Source of the DNA: a virus
Lineage: Duplodnaviria; Heunggongvirae; Uroviricota; Caudoviricetes
Strand: one strand, 5' to 3'
IMG/VR virus record: IMGVR_UViG_2778261153_000009
Coordinates: 1-41,300 of that record
DNA: 41,300 nucleotides
The translations under genes were made by a program, and so were the position numbers. Below the pieces are notes generated by a model. The model was not told where the DNA came from. It saw nothing but the letters and a program-made list of their open reading frames with translations, and made no database searches. Below are positions 18,298 through 28,388 of this stretch, in pieces. The number at the start of each line of letters is the position of its first letter. The stretch's first letter is position 1.

Positions 18298-19293
18298 GTG
18301 ACCGTGAGAGCACTACTAACCCCTGAAATTGCCCCGCGTATGGGGATCGTATTGTTCAGACCAGGTTCAGAGCTGATGCCCCTGTTTATGCAGGGGCGTG
18401 TCCTGCTGGAGCCTGAGCCGGAACGTTATTCATCTTTCGCCAGTGGTGCCGTTCCGGCGGCATCACAACCGCTGGCGGATGATCCTGCCGTTCAGGCCGT
18501 GTTCCGCAATGAGGCAGTGATCCGTCGTGCTGGTGGCGTGGAATGTCTTGAAAGCTGGTTACTTCGTGAAAAAGGCTGCCAGTGGCCTCATTCCGACTGG
18601 CACAGCGAGAACATGACCACAATGCGACACGCTCCGGGCGCAATCCGTCTGTGCTGGCACTGCGATAACCAGCTGCGCGATCAGTTCACGGAACGGCTGG
18701 AATCAATGGCAACGGATAACTGTGCCCGCTGGGTGTTGTCTGTTGTGCGTCGGGATCTCGGTTTTGATGACAGTCACGTTGTGACAATGCCGGAACTGTG
18801 CTGGTGGCTGATTCGTAATGATCTGGCGGATGCCTTACCGGAAAGTGCAGCCCGTAAGGCACTGAGATTACCGAAGCCTGTTGTGCCGTCTGTTACCCGG
18901 GAAAGTGACCTTGTGCCTTCGGTTCCTGCCACCAGCATCATCCAGGATAAGGCGAAAAAGGTGCTGGCGCTGAAAGTGGATCCGGAGTCGCCGGAGTCTT
19001 TTATGTTACGCCCAAAACGTCGCCGCTGGGTTAATGAAAAGTACACGCGCTGGGTTAAGACACAGCCGTGTGCATGTTGTGGAAAGCCTGCTGATGATCC
19101 CCACCACTTGATAGGCCACGGTCAGGGTGGGATGGGTACAAAAGCGCATGACCTCTTTGTGTTGCCTTTGTGCAGAAAGCATCACGACGAGCTGCATGCG
19201 GATACCGTGACATTTGAAGAGAAGTATGGCTCCCAGCTGGAGCTGATATTTCGTTTTATCGATCGTGCGCTGGCAATTGGCGTGCTGGCCTGA
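18298..19293 (+). CDS. DUF968-family phage protein with C-terminal HNH-like Cys/His cluster
   Basis: CACCGKPADDPHHLIGHG...CRKHHDELH at C-terminus. Confidence 0.55.
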   Translation: MTVRALLTPEIAPRMGIVLFRPGSELMPLFMQGRVLLEPEPERYSSFASGAVPAASQPLADDPAVQAVFRNEAVIRRAGGVECLESWLLREKGCQWPHSDWHSENMTTMRHAPGAIRLCWHCDNQLRDQFTERLESMATDNCARWVLSVVRRDLGFDDSHVVTMPELCWWLIRNDLADALPESAARKALRLPKPVVPSVTRESDLVPSVPATSIIQDKAKKVLALKVDPESPESFMLRPKRRRWVNEKYTRWVKTQPCACCGKPADDPHHLIGHGQGGMGTKAHDLFVLPLCRKHHDELHADTVTFEEKYGSQLELIFRFIDRALAIGVLA

Positions 19294-19295
19294 TT

Positions 19296-19658
19296 TTGTG
19301 GAGAAAGTTGATGCGTGATATGTATGAAGTGATGGATCGTTGGGGAGCTTGGGCTGCTTCAGACAATAGCGGAGTGGACTGGCAACCGGTAGCCGCTGGC
19401 TTCAAGGGGCTTTTACCTCATGGCAAAAAGTCCCGGATTCAGTGTGATGATGATGAGGGGCTCATGATCGATGGGTGCGTAGCTAGATTAAGAAAGTACA
19501 AACCAGAAGAGTATGAATTAGTTATAGCCCATTTTGTGGTAGGGATTTCATTGCGAGCCATTGCTAAGAAGAGAAAGTGTTCGGATGGGACTATCAGGAA
19601 AGAGTTGCAAACATCGCTTGGTTTCATTGAAGGCATTGTTTGCACTCTTGCCTGTTAA
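19296..19658 (+). CDS. Late-gene antiterminator Q-like protein
   Basis: Resembles enterobacterial prophage Q proteins (MRD..ERWGAWAA...AAGFKGL...C-rich zinc motif); lies upstream of lysis genes. Confidence 0.7.
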   Translation: MWRKLMRDMYEVMDRWGAWAASDNSGVDWQPVAAGFKGLLPHGKKSRIQCDDDEGLMIDGCVARLRKYKPEEYELVIAHFVVGISLRAIAKKRKCSDGTIRKELQTSLGFIEGIVCTLAC

Positions 19659-19679
19659 CTATTCTTAACTGTCTTCTAG

Positions 19680-20564
19680 TTATATTGGGCGCTTTGAATT
19701 CGATTTAAAGCGTCTTCCACTTATCCCTGAAATCCAAATGTCTTCCTCAAGAAAGTCAAGAAGGGCTTTTATTTCTTTTTTTGATGAAGGCATGACAATT
19801 TTCTCAACACCGCCAACTATTATGGTTTGTAAGGGGAAATTGACTTTAGCAGCTTCGGATTTAAACTTTGACATATTTTGGGGTGTTAGCATCCCAGTCT
19901 GATTTATTAGTGTTACTTTATTTCTTATCACTGTATCTGCAACGGATTTTAGATCAAAACCTTGGGGAGTAGAAAATACACTAAGTTGACTAAATGCATT
20001 AAGTTCTTGGTCAGTAGCAGCAGAAAAATAGGACGACATGTCAAAAATGCTTCTTAGATTAAAGAAACTCTTAAATCGTATTGTATCATTGATAATTATT
20101 GCAACTAGTTTATCATCAACATTAAAACCGATGCTATTAGCTTTACTAAAGGTAGTTTTGCTTGCAAAAAGCTTTCCAAAGAATGATTTTGAGGTATCTA
20201 AGATTTGTTTTTTGTTGAAGGTTTGTAGCGCAATAATATTGGGGTTTGCTGGCGCGTCAACACCAACAAATAATGCTTTAATATAACCAATATCAATTTG
20301 GCTGGGATCCCAGACAGGCACGGCGGTAGGCCTATTGACTGCGTCAATCAGGCGTGCAGAATCAGTAAAGTTTTGTATTTCAAAACACTCACTATGTTTT
20401 GGTGTATAACCGGCATAGAATGGTATCATATTGTTATGATGACTTTCAAAATATTGACGCTGTTGTTGGAAAATGGCCGTAACAGAAGTACTTGCTGTTG
20501 CATCAAGTTCGACTCTAACAATTCTCGTTGCAATTGTATTATCTATTACTGCAAAAAGTGCCAT
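19680..20564 (-). CDS. Hypothetical soluble protein (AT-rich cargo, partner of membrane protein)
   Basis: 294 aa, 5 nt downstream of the membrane gene on the same strand; no family recognised. Confidence 0.55.
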   Translation of the reverse strand: MALFAVIDNTIATRIVRVELDATASTSVTAIFQQQRQYFESHHNNMIPFYAGYTPKHSECFEIQNFTDSARLIDAVNRPTAVPVWDPSQIDIGYIKALFVGVDAPANPNIIALQTFNKKQILDTSKSFFGKLFASKTTFSKANSIGFNVDDKLVAIIINDTIRFKSFFNLRSIFDMSSYFSAATDQELNAFSQLSVFSTPQGFDLKSVADTVIRNKVTLINQTGMLTPQNMSKFKSEAAKVNFPLQTIIVGGVEKIVMPSSKKEIKALLDFLEEDIWISGISGRRFKSNSKRPI

Positions 20565-20569
20565 GGTTA

Positions 20570-21091
20570 TTATCCTTTAACATGTAGAAATGTGTAGTCT
20601 GTTAATTGAATAACTGTAAATTTGATATCTTTAATATCAGTAATGACTGATTTAGAAATCAATACAAAACCTACGCCGGTGTCATCTTCAGCTTCGTAAA
20701 ATTTATAACCGATAAGTGACAATACTGGGTTAAAGTTATAGTTCTCGGAAAAGCTGATGTAAAATAACAATGACAAATAAAAGAATAACGCATATGCTTT
20801 ATTTTCAGCAATAGAGTCTGTTCCTAGGAGAGGGAATAAATAGCTTAAGAAATAATTAGTTACTTCTTTGTTAGCGGGAGAAACTGAACTAATATTTTTT
20901 GTCAGAGGTTCAAGTTGTTTCTCAGCATATTGAATCAGGCCTATTGCTAATAACCAACTTGCTATGCCAACGCATAAGCTATATTGCATCAGCCAAACCG
21001 TATCTTTTACATATCCAATAAAAAATAGAGTTGCGCAAACAGGTGCAATTGAGCTTGCTGTTAATAATAAGCGTGCTAATTTGTTCATCAT
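20570..21091 (-). CDS. Membrane protein, ~4 TM helices (AT-rich cargo)
   Basis: 173 aa with four hydrophobic segments; SD AAAGGA. Confidence 0.55.
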   Translation of the reverse strand: MMNKLARLLLTASSIAPVCATLFFIGYVKDTVWLMQYSLCVGIASWLLAIGLIQYAEKQLEPLTKNISSVSPANKEVTNYFLSYLFPLLGTDSIAENKAYALFFYLSLLFYISFSENYNFNPVLSLIGYKFYEAEDDTGVGFVLISKSVITDIKDIKFTVIQLTDYTFLHVKG

Positions 21092-21179
21092 GATATCCTT
21101 TGTACTGTTTATGCATACAGCACTTTACATCATGTACTCCAAAGTATCTATCTTGTGAAGAATCTTACACTAAATACTA

Positions 21180-21280
21180 CAGAAAAAGTTAACGCGTACG
21201 CAAAAAGTATTATATCGTGTTAAGAGTGGTTACTTCGCCACACAGCTTAAACCCGCCATTGAGCGGGTTTTGTCGTTTTT
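21180..21280 (+). promoter_or_regulatory. Putative late promoter (PR'-like) with tR'-like terminator
   Basis: TATTAT -10-like hexamer at 21208..21213; hairpin AAACCCGC-CATTGA-GCGGGTTT + T-rich tail at 21249..21280. Confidence 0.35.
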
Positions 21281-21421
21281 GGGCCTAGGGATTCGTTGGG
21301 CCTGGTCTATCCCGCAGTTATCCATTGGCTCGGCTTCTTTGACGTTTCCGCTTCTGATTTGCGGTACATGATGTTCCCTCAATTTGCACCTCCTGTATTG
21401 CGAGGTGAGAGATAACTACAA

Positions 21422-21748
21422 ATGCCTCATAACCCAAATACCTGGCTGGAGTTGGTCCAGAGCTGGTGGCGTGGAGACACACCGCTGGGCGCAGTGATTA
21501 TGTCGATCGTTATGGCTGGCTTGCGCATTGCCTATTTTGGCGGTGGTGGTGGCTGGAAGCGAAAAACGCTCGAGATTTTGCTCTGTGGCGCTTTGACGCT
21601 GACCTTTGCATCCGCTCTTGAGTATGTCGGATGGCCTAAATCGCTTTCTGTTGCCATTGGTGGCGGTGTTGGGCTGATCGGTGTCGATGCTATTCGTGGG
21701 GCTGCAATGCGAGTAATCGGTAACAAATTTGGTAGCACGAAGGAGTAA
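21422..21748 (+). CDS. Holin (putative)
   Basis: 108-aa membrane protein with Gly-rich TM segments and charged C-terminus immediately upstream of endolysin. Confidence 0.6.
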   Translation: MPHNPNTWLELVQSWWRGDTPLGAVIMSIVMAGLRIAYFGGGGGWKRKTLEILLCGALTLTFASALEYVGWPKSLSVAIGGGVGLIGVDAIRGAAMRVIGNKFGSTKE

Positions 21749-21751
21749 TTT

Positions 21752-22234
21752 ATGCAGGCACTAAATTCCCAGCGTAAAGCTTTCCTGGATATGGTTGCAT
21801 GGTCAGAAGGAACGGATAACGGGCGACAACCGACACGTAACCACGGTTATGACGTTATTGTCGGTGGTGAACTGTTCACTGATTACTCCGATCACCCTCG
21901 CAAACTTGTCACGCTAAACCCGAAACTTAAATCAACAGCCGCAGGACGTTATCAGCTTCTTTCACGCTGGTGGGATGCTTACCGTAAGCAGCTTGGGCTG
22001 AAAGACTTCTCTCCAAAAAGCCAGGATGCTGTGGCATTGCAGCAGATTAAAGAGCGTGGTGCTTTACCGATGATTGATCGCGGCGATATCCGTCAGGCTA
22101 TTGATCGTTGCAGCAATATCTGGGCGTCATTGCCGGGCGCTGGTTATGGTCAGTTCGAACATAAGGTTGACAGCCTGATTGAAAAATTCAAAGAATCGGG
22201 CGGAACGGTCAGAGAAATTCAGCTATATGAGTAG
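21752..22234 (+). CDS. R: Endolysin, lambda R-like lytic transglycosylase
   Basis: Near-identical to lambda R as I recall it ([22 protein letters not shown]...). Confidence 0.9.
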   Translation: MQALNSQRKAFLDMVAWSEGTDNGRQPTRNHGYDVIVGGELFTDYSDHPRKLVTLNPKLKSTAAGRYQLLSRWWDAYRKQLGLKDFSPKSQDAVALQQIKERGALPMIDRGDIRQAIDRCSNIWASLPGAGYGQFEHKVDSLIEKFKESGGTVREIQLYE

Positions 22235-22691
22235 AGTAACTGCGATTCTGTCCTCTCTGGTTATCTGCACCATCGTCTGCCTATCATGGGCTGTTAATCA
22301 TTATCGTGATAACGCCATCGCCTACAAAGAACAGCGCGATAAAGCGAAGGAAAAACTCAGCCAGGCGAACGCCACCATTACTGAGATGCAGCAGCGCCAG
22401 CGTGATGTTTCTGCGCTCGATGCGAAATACACCGGAGAACTTGCAAATGCTAAAGCAACTATTGAACAGCTTCAGCGTGATGTTGCTGTTGGCACTAAGC
22501 GGCTGTTCCTCGCCGCTAGTTGCCCGAGAGTGCAATCAACGACCATTACCACCAGCCTGGATGATGCTACCGCCCCCCGACTTACTGACACCGCTCAACG
22601 GGATTATTTCACCCTCAGAGAGAGAATTGAAATCAGTTATAAACAGATAAGAGCATTGCAGGACTATATCTCTAGTCAGTGTGAAAACTAA
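22227..22691 (+). CDS. Rz: Spanin inner-membrane subunit Rz
   Basis: [30 protein letters not shown]... closely matches lambda Rz. Confidence 0.85.
   Translation: MSRVTAILSSLVICTIVCLSWAVNHYRDNAIAYKEQRDKAKEKLSQANATITEMQQRQRDVSALDAKYTGELANAKATIEQLQRDVAVGTKRLFLAASCPRVQSTTITTSLDDATAPRLTDTAQRDYFTLRERIEISYKQIRALQDYISSQCEN
22447..22650 (+). CDS. Rz1: Spanin outer-membrane lipoprotein Rz1 (embedded in Rz, +1 frame)
   Basis: Lipobox LALSGC and Pro-rich [11 protein letters not shown]...[10 protein letters not shown] inside the Rz gene. Confidence 0.6.
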   Translation: MLKQLLNSFSVMLLLALSGCSSPLVARECNQRPLPPAWMMLPPPDLLTPLNGIISPSERELKSVINR

Positions 22692-22772
22692 AATTGCTTT
22701 CGATGTATGGATCTGGACATCTTTTTTTTCTACTATGCTGACTGAGAATTGAAACGTATATAGATATTCTAT

Positions 22773-23531
22773 ATGAAAAGAAAAAAATTAGAAGGTCCCG
22801 GGTGTGAATCATATGAAGGGTTAGATGTTGAATATTATATTGATTCCGAAACGGGGGAATTTAAAGCGGTTTATACATTCAATAATGAAATTGTAGATCG
22901 CATAAAATTGAGTGGGCGTATTGCCGATAGAGCATCTTCACTGTCCCTAATTCATAGGGACTTAAAAAGTGCTAAAGAGTGGTACCAAATAGCTAATGAA
23001 CTGGCAGGGAGAAACGAATTAAGGACAGATGGCAAGTTATACGGGAATATACTTGATATAGATTTATCAAGTGAAATTAGAGCGTTATTTGTGGCAAGCC
23101 TAACGTTTTATGGTAAAGCTTTCTCTGAAGCTAAAGGGAGAAAGTTAAAGATGGAGCGTGATTGGCTTGATTCTGAATATTTTGGGTTGCATGACTGTAT
23201 TATTAACTACAGGCATAATTTTGCAGCACATAGCGGCAACCAAGACTATGAGTCAGCAGAAACTTCATTGTTACTAATAAGGAAAAATGGGAAAACATTT
23301 TATCAAGCAGTGACAGATAGAAAACAACTGAGCATGATTGGTGTCGAGGACGAGCATGTTGATATGATTAATTTATTTGAACATGCGATACAGGTTGTTG
23401 AGAAAAAATATAATGAAACATTAGAGAGAATTAGAACCTATGTCATGCAAAAGAGTTATTCTTTTTGGTGTTTAGCTGCCACAGGGAAAGATCCCGTCAA
23501 TTTAGATAAGTTAAATAAGAAGAAAAAATAA
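22773..23531 (+). CDS. Hypothetical protein (AT-rich cargo after lysis cassette)
   Basis: 252 aa; contains YRHNFAAH (R-x5-H) motif; own terminator downstream. Confidence 0.55.
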   Translation: MKRKKLEGPGCESYEGLDVEYYIDSETGEFKAVYTFNNEIVDRIKLSGRIADRASSLSLIHRDLKSAKEWYQIANELAGRNELRTDGKLYGNILDIDLSSEIRALFVASLTFYGKAFSEAKGRKLKMERDWLDSEYFGLHDCIINYRHNFAAHSGNQDYESAETSLLLIRKNGKTFYQAVTDRKQLSMIGVEDEHVDMINLFEHAIQVVEKKYNETLERIRTYVMQKSYSFWCLAATGKDPVNLDKLNKKKK

Positions 23532-23566
23532 ACCTACTCTTCACATTAGTAACATTAGTAGATGCT

Positions 23567-23597
23567 AAGCCACTAGCAATCGATGGTGGCTTTTTTA
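23567..23597 (+). terminator. Rho-independent terminator
   Basis: AGCCAC-loop-GTGGCT stem followed by TTTTTT. Confidence 0.5.
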
Positions 23598-23610
23598 TTG
23601 GAGCTTACCA

Positions 23611-23961
23611 ATGCCACCACGAACCCCAAAAGCCTGCCGTGTTCGCGGCTGCCGTAATACCACGACAGACCCGTCAGGCTACTGCGAAAGCCACAAAAGC
23701 GAAGGCTGGAAGCAATACAAGTCAGGACAATCCCGTCATCAGCGCGGTTATGGTTCTAAGTGGGATGTTATCCGTGTGCGTGTGCTGCAACGTGACAAAG
23801 GCCTGTGTCAGTTATGTCTGCGTGCTGGTGTGGCGCGTGAAGCGAAAACCGTTGATCACATCATCCCTAAAGCACATGGCGGCACTGATGCCGACAGTAA
23901 TCTGCAGAGTCTGTGCTGGCAGTGTCATAAGGCGAAGACGGCCCGTGAACGGCTTAAGTGA
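23611..23961 (+). CDS. HNH endonuclease (terminase-associated)
   Basis: HNH motif DHIIPKAHGG...N...CWQCH with Cys pairs; immediately upstream of terminase. Confidence 0.8.
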   Translation: MPPRTPKACRVRGCRNTTTDPSGYCESHKSEGWKQYKSGQSRHQRGYGSKWDVIRVRVLQRDKGLCQLCLRAGVAREAKTVDHIIPKAHGGTDADSNLQSLCWQCHKAKTARERLK

Positions 23962-23974
23962 TAATAACTCTCAA

Positions 23975-24050
23975 CTGTCTGAGGGGAGGGGCGGGTCAAA
24001 TCTCTGTGACCTGACGTCTTCCGGACTGCCCGCCCCATCGTTTTTTTATA
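23975..24050. other. GC-rich nested inverted repeats; candidate cos/packaging site or terminator
   Basis: GGGGCGGGTC (23987..23996) pairs with GACTGCCCGCCCC (24024..24035); inner GGTCA/TGACC; followed by T7. Confidence 0.3.
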
Positions 24051-24086
24051 CCCGCGAAAAATGAAATTTAACCAGGAGTGCCGCAT

Positions 24087-24581
24087 ATGGCTGGAACGGC
24101 GGGGCGTTCCGGGCGTCGCCCCAAGCCAACGGCGCGCAAGGCGCTGGCCGGAAACCCCGGCAAGCGAGCCCTGAATAAAGATGAACCTGTTTTTACGCCC
24201 ATCAAAGGTGTTGAGCCACCGGAGTGGTTCGCTGAAGAAGATCTCCCTCTCGCTACGATCATGTGGCAACTGACAACCAAAGAACTCTGCGGTCAGGGCC
24301 TGCTGTGCGTGACTGACCTGGCGGTACTTGAGCGGTGGTGCGTGGCCTATGAGTTCTGGCGACGTGCCGTGAAAAATATTGCCAGACAGGGCAACACCAT
24401 CACCGGTGCAATGGGCGGCATGGTCAAAAATCCGGAGCTGACCGCCAAAAAAGAACAGGAGTCCGAGATGAGCAGTACGGGGGCAATGCTCGGACTCGAC
24501 CCCAGCAGCCGCCAGCGTCTGATTGGCCTGGCGGGGCAGAAGAAAGCCACTAACCCGTTTCTGAAAATTATCGAATCATGA
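24087..24581 (+). CDS. Terminase small subunit (P27 family)
   Basis: Position upstream of terL; SD AGGAG 8 nt before ATG 24087; basic N-terminus. Confidence 0.7.
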   Translation: MAGTAGRSGRRPKPTARKALAGNPGKRALNKDEPVFTPIKGVEPPEWFAEEDLPLATIMWQLTTKELCGQGLLCVTDLAVLERWCVAYEFWRRAVKNIARQGNTITGAMGGMVKNPELTAKKEQESEMSSTGAMLGLDPSSRQRLIGLAGQKKATNPFLKIIES

Positions 24582-26311
24582 GCCGGAAATCTTACCCCAA
24601 CGTAAATGCTGCCAATCAGTATGCCCGGGATGTCGTGCGCGGAAAGATTGTGGCCTGCCAGTTTGTGATTCAGGCCTGCCAGCGCCATCTTGATGACCTG
24701 ATGGCGGAAAAAAGTAAGTCGTTTCGTTACCGCTTCGACAAGGACCTGGCTGAACGGGCCGCCAAATTTATTCAGCTGTTGCCGCACACCAAGGGTGAGT
24801 GGGCATTTAAGAGGATGCCCATCACGCTGGAGCCGTGGCAGCTCTTTGTGATCTGCTGCGCGTTTGGCTGGGTCAATAAAGGCTCCCGGCTGCGCCGCTT
24901 CCGGGAGGTGTATACCGAAATCCCCCGTAAGAACGGCAAATCGGCAATCTCTGCCGGTGTCGCCCTGTATTGTTTTGCCTGTGATAACGAGTTCGGCGCG
25001 GAAGTGTATTCCGGTGCCACGACGGAGAAACAGGCATGGGAAGTCTTTCGTCCGGCAAGACTGATGTGTAAACGCACACCCATGCTGACGGAAGCGTTCG
25101 GGATTGAGGTTAACGCCTCAAACATGAACCGTCCGGAGGATGGTGCGCGTTTTGAACCGCTGATCGGTAACCCCGGTGATGGTTCATCACCCCACTGTGC
25201 GGTGGTGGATGAATATCACGAGCACGCCACCGATGCGCTTTACACCACGATGCTTACCGGGATGGGGGCGCGACGTCAGCCACTGATGTGGGCTATCACT
25301 ACCGCCGGGTACAACATTGAGGGGCCGTGCTACGACAAACGGCGGGAAGTCATCGAGATGCTCAACGGCTCGGTGCCTAATGATGAACTGTTCGGGATCA
25401 TCTATACCGTTGATGAAGGTGACGACTGGACCGACCCGCAGGTGCTGGAAAAAGCCAATCCAAATATTGGCGTGTCGGTTTATCGCGAATTTTTGTTAAG
25501 TCAGCAGCAGCGTGCGAAAAATAACGCCCGTCTGGCAAACGTCTTTAAAACAAAACACCTCAATATCTGGGTGTCGGCGCGTTCGGCGTATTTCAACCTG
25601 GTGAGCTGGCAGAGCTGCGAGGATAAATCACTGACCCTTGAGCAGTTCGAGGGGCAGCCGTGCATTCTGGCCTTTGACCTGGCGCGTAAGCTGGATATGA
25701 ACAGCATGGCGCGACTTTATACCCGCGAGATTGACGGTAAAACGCATTACTACAGTGTGGCCCCGCGTTTCTGGGTACCGTATGACACGGTGTACAGCGT
25801 CGAGAAAAATGAAGATCGACGGACAGCCGAACGCTTTCAGAAATGGGTGGAAATGGGCGTTCTGACCGTTACCGATGGTGCGGAGGTGGATTATCGCTAC
25901 ATCCTCGAGGAGGCCAAAGCGGCGAACAAAATCAGCCCGGTCAGTGAGTCACCCATCGACCCCTTCGGGGCGACCGGGTTGTCACATGACCTTGCTGATG
26001 AAGACCTGAATCCCGTCACTATCATTCAGAACTACACCAACATGTCCGACCCGATGAAAGAGCTGGAAGCGGCAATTGAATCGGGGCGCTTTCATCATGA
26101 TGGCAATCCCATCATGACCTGGTGTATCGGCAACGTGGTCGGCAAAACCATTCCGGGTAACGATGATGTGGTGAAGCCCGTCAAAGAGCAGGCGGAAAAC
26201 AAAATCGATGGTGCAGTTGCGCTGATTATGGCGGTTGGCAGAGCCATGCTGTACGAGAAAGAAGACACGCTGTCTGACCACATTGAGTCCTATGGGATCC
26301 GCTCGCTTTAA
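24578..26311 (+). CDS. Terminase large subunit
   Basis: 577 aa with ATPase and nuclease regions typical of HK97-type TerL. Confidence 0.9.
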   Translation: MSRKSYPNVNAANQYARDVVRGKIVACQFVIQACQRHLDDLMAEKSKSFRYRFDKDLAERAAKFIQLLPHTKGEWAFKRMPITLEPWQLFVICCAFGWVNKGSRLRRFREVYTEIPRKNGKSAISAGVALYCFACDNEFGAEVYSGATTEKQAWEVFRPARLMCKRTPMLTEAFGIEVNASNMNRPEDGARFEPLIGNPGDGSSPHCAVVDEYHEHATDALYTTMLTGMGARRQPLMWAITTAGYNIEGPCYDKRREVIEMLNGSVPNDELFGIIYTVDEGDDWTDPQVLEKANPNIGVSVYREFLLSQQQRAKNNARLANVFKTKHLNIWVSARSAYFNLVSWQSCEDKSLTLEQFEGQPCILAFDLARKLDMNSMARLYTREIDGKTHYYSVAPRFWVPYDTVYSVEKNEDRRTAERFQKWVEMGVLTVTDGAEVDYRYILEEAKAANKISPVSESPIDPFGATGLSHDLADEDLNPVTIIQNYTNMSDPMKELEAAIESGRFHHDGNPIMTWCIGNVVGKTIPGNDDVVKPVKEQAENKIDGAVALIMAVGRAMLYEKEDTLSDHIESYGIRSL

Positions 26312-26322
26312 CCGAGGTCATT

Positions 26323-26505
26323 ATGTTTCTGATAATTCTCGCGCCACTGGTGGGCGTGCTGGGTGCGCTTTTGCTGGCGTATGGAGCCTGGCTGATTTAT
26401 CCCCCGGCGGGTTTTGTTGTTGCCGGGGGGCTGTGCCTGTTCTGGTCGTGGCTGGTGGCGCGATATCTCGACCGTACACAGCCGTCTGTCGGCGGAGGTA
26501 AATAG
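26323..26505 (+). CDS. Small hydrophobic protein, hypothetical
   Basis: 60-aa ORF exactly filling the terL-portal gap; stop overlaps the portal GTG start. Confidence 0.4.
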   Translation: MFLIILAPLVGVLGALLLAYGAWLIYPPAGFVVAGGLCLFWSWLVARYLDRTQPSVGGGK

Positions 26506-27746
26506 TGTTCTTTTCGGGATTATTTCAACGAAAAAGTGACGCACCGGTGACCACGCCAGCAGAGCTGGCGGATGCTATCGGGTTGTCCTACGACACCTAT
26601 ACCGGAAAGCAGATCAGCAGCCAGCGGGCCATGCGACTGACGGCGGTTTTTTCCTGTGTCAGGGTGCTGGCGGAGTCGGTCGGGATGTTGCCCTGCAACC
26701 TGTATCACCTGAACGGCAGCCTGAAGCAGAGAGCCACTGGCGAACGTCTGCATAAGCTGATCTCCACGCATCCCAATGGCTATATGACGCCGCAGGAGTT
26801 CTGGGAGCTGGTGGTCACCTGTCTGTGCCTGCGGGGAAACTTTTACGCCTACAAAGTGAAAGCATTTGGCGAAGTGGCTGAACTGCTGCCCGTCGATCCC
26901 GGCTGTGTGGTACCGAAGCTTAACAGTAGCTGGGAGCCGGTCTATCAGGTCACATTCCCGGATGGCTCCACGGATGTACTGAGCCAGGAGGATATCTGGC
27001 ATGTGCGCACGCTGACGCTGGACGGACTGGTGGGGCTGAATCCCATCGCCTATGCCCGCGAGGCAATATCTCTGGCGGCAGCGACCGAAGAGCACGGGGC
27101 CAGACTGTTCAGCAATGGTGCGGTGACGTCGGGTGTGTTGCGTACAGAGCAGACGCTGTCAGATCAGGCTTATGAGCGCCTGAAGAAAGATTTTGAGGAG
27201 CGTCACACCGGGCTTGGCAATGCTCACCGCCCGATGATCCTTGAGATGGGGCTGGACTGGAAGTCGATGGCGCTGAACGCCGAGGACAGCCAGTTCCTGG
27301 AAACCCGCAAGTTTCAGCTTGAAGAAATCTGTCGTCTGTTCCGGGTGCCGTTGCACATGGTGCAGAACACCGATCGCGCCACCTTCAACAATATCGAAGA
27401 GCTGGGGCTGGGATTTATCAACTATTCACTGGTGCCGTATCTGACCCGCATCGAACAGCGGATCAACACCGGACTGGTACGAAAAAGTAAGCAGGGCGTT
27501 TATTACGCCAAATTTAACGCCGGGGCGTTACTGCGCGGGGATATGAAGTCCCGTTTTGAAGCCTACGCCACCGGGATCAACTGGGGAATTTACTCTCCCA
27601 ATGACTGCCGCGACCTGGAAGATATGAATCCACGTCCCGGTGGTGATGTCTATCTCACACCGATGAACATGACCACGAAACCCTCCGATGGCAGTAAAGC
27701 CGGTAAGCAGAAGGATAACGCCAATGCAGACGAAACAACGTCTTGA
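26505..27746 (+). CDS. Portal protein (HK97 family)
   Basis: 413 aa, GTG start with SD GGCGGAGG; portal-like sequence following terL. Confidence 0.85.
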   Translation: MFFSGLFQRKSDAPVTTPAELADAIGLSYDTYTGKQISSQRAMRLTAVFSCVRVLAESVGMLPCNLYHLNGSLKQRATGERLHKLISTHPNGYMTPQEFWELVVTCLCLRGNFYAYKVKAFGEVAELLPVDPGCVVPKLNSSWEPVYQVTFPDGSTDVLSQEDIWHVRTLTLDGLVGLNPIAYAREAISLAAATEEHGARLFSNGAVTSGVLRTEQTLSDQAYERLKKDFEERHTGLGNAHRPMILEMGLDWKSMALNAEDSQFLETRKFQLEEICRLFRVPLHMVQNTDRATFNNIEELGLGFINYSLVPYLTRIEQRINTGLVRKSKQGVYYAKFNAGALLRGDMKSRFEAYATGINWGIYSPNDCRDLEDMNPRPGGDVYLTPMNMTTKPSDGSKAGKQKDNANADETTS

Positions 27747-28374
27747 TGTACCGCTGAGTCTGAAATCTGTCAGTGACTCCGGTGAGTTTGAAGGGTATGG
27801 CTCCGTCTTTGGTGTAAAGGACAGCCACGATGATGTGGTGATGTCCGGGGCATTTGCTGCTTCCCTGCGGGCGTGGAGTGACAGAAAAGCGTTACCTGCG
27901 CTGCTCTGGCAGCACCGCATGGATGAACCCATCGGTGTTTACACCGAAATGAAGGAAGACGATGTCGGGCTTTACGTCAGGGGACGGTTGCTTATTGATG
28001 ATGATCCCCTCGCAAAACGCGCACATGCACACATGAAGGCCGGTTCGTTAACCGGCCTTTCTATTGGGTACGTCCTGAAAGACTGGGAATACGACCGGAG
28101 CAAAGAAGCCTTTCTGCTGAAAGAAATCGACCTCTGGGAAGTCAGCCTGGTGACGTTCCCGTCTAACGACGAGGCGCGGATCAGCGACGTCAAGAACGCA
28201 CTGGCCCGCGGGGAAATCCCCGAACAGAAAAAAATCGAAAGAGTCCTGCGTGATGTCGGACTCTCCCGTACCCAGGCCAAAGCATTCATGGCCGGGGGCT
28301 ATGGCGCACTGTCCCTGCGCGACGCTGAGGATGTGGGCTCTGCACTGAATGCACTGAAAAATCTGAACTTCTAA
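27724..28374 (+). CDS. Prohead protease (HK97 family)
   Basis: Follows portal; start taken at the ATG with SD AAGGA (alternative 27688). Confidence 0.75.
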   Translation: MQTKQRLDVPLSLKSVSDSGEFEGYGSVFGVKDSHDDVVMSGAFAASLRAWSDRKALPALLWQHRMDEPIGVYTEMKEDDVGLYVRGRLLIDDDPLAKRAHAHMKAGSLTGLSIGYVLKDWEYDRSKEAFLLKEIDLWEVSLVTFPSNDEARISDVKNALARGEIPEQKKIERVLRDVGLSRTQAKAFMAGGYGALSLRDAEDVGSALNALKNLNF

Positions 28375-28388
28375 TCAGGAGAAATACG

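Noticed and set aside
22705-22740. Possible weak terminator (GATGT...ACATC + T8) just after Rz
   Set aside because: Stem is only ~5 bp with a large loop; the T-run may simply be part of the AT-rich promoter region of the downstream cargo gene.
24078-24086. GTG start at 24078 for the small terminase, as in the ORF track
   Set aside because: That codon lies inside the Shine-Dalgarno sequence (AGGAG); the ATG at 24087 with proper spacing is preferred.
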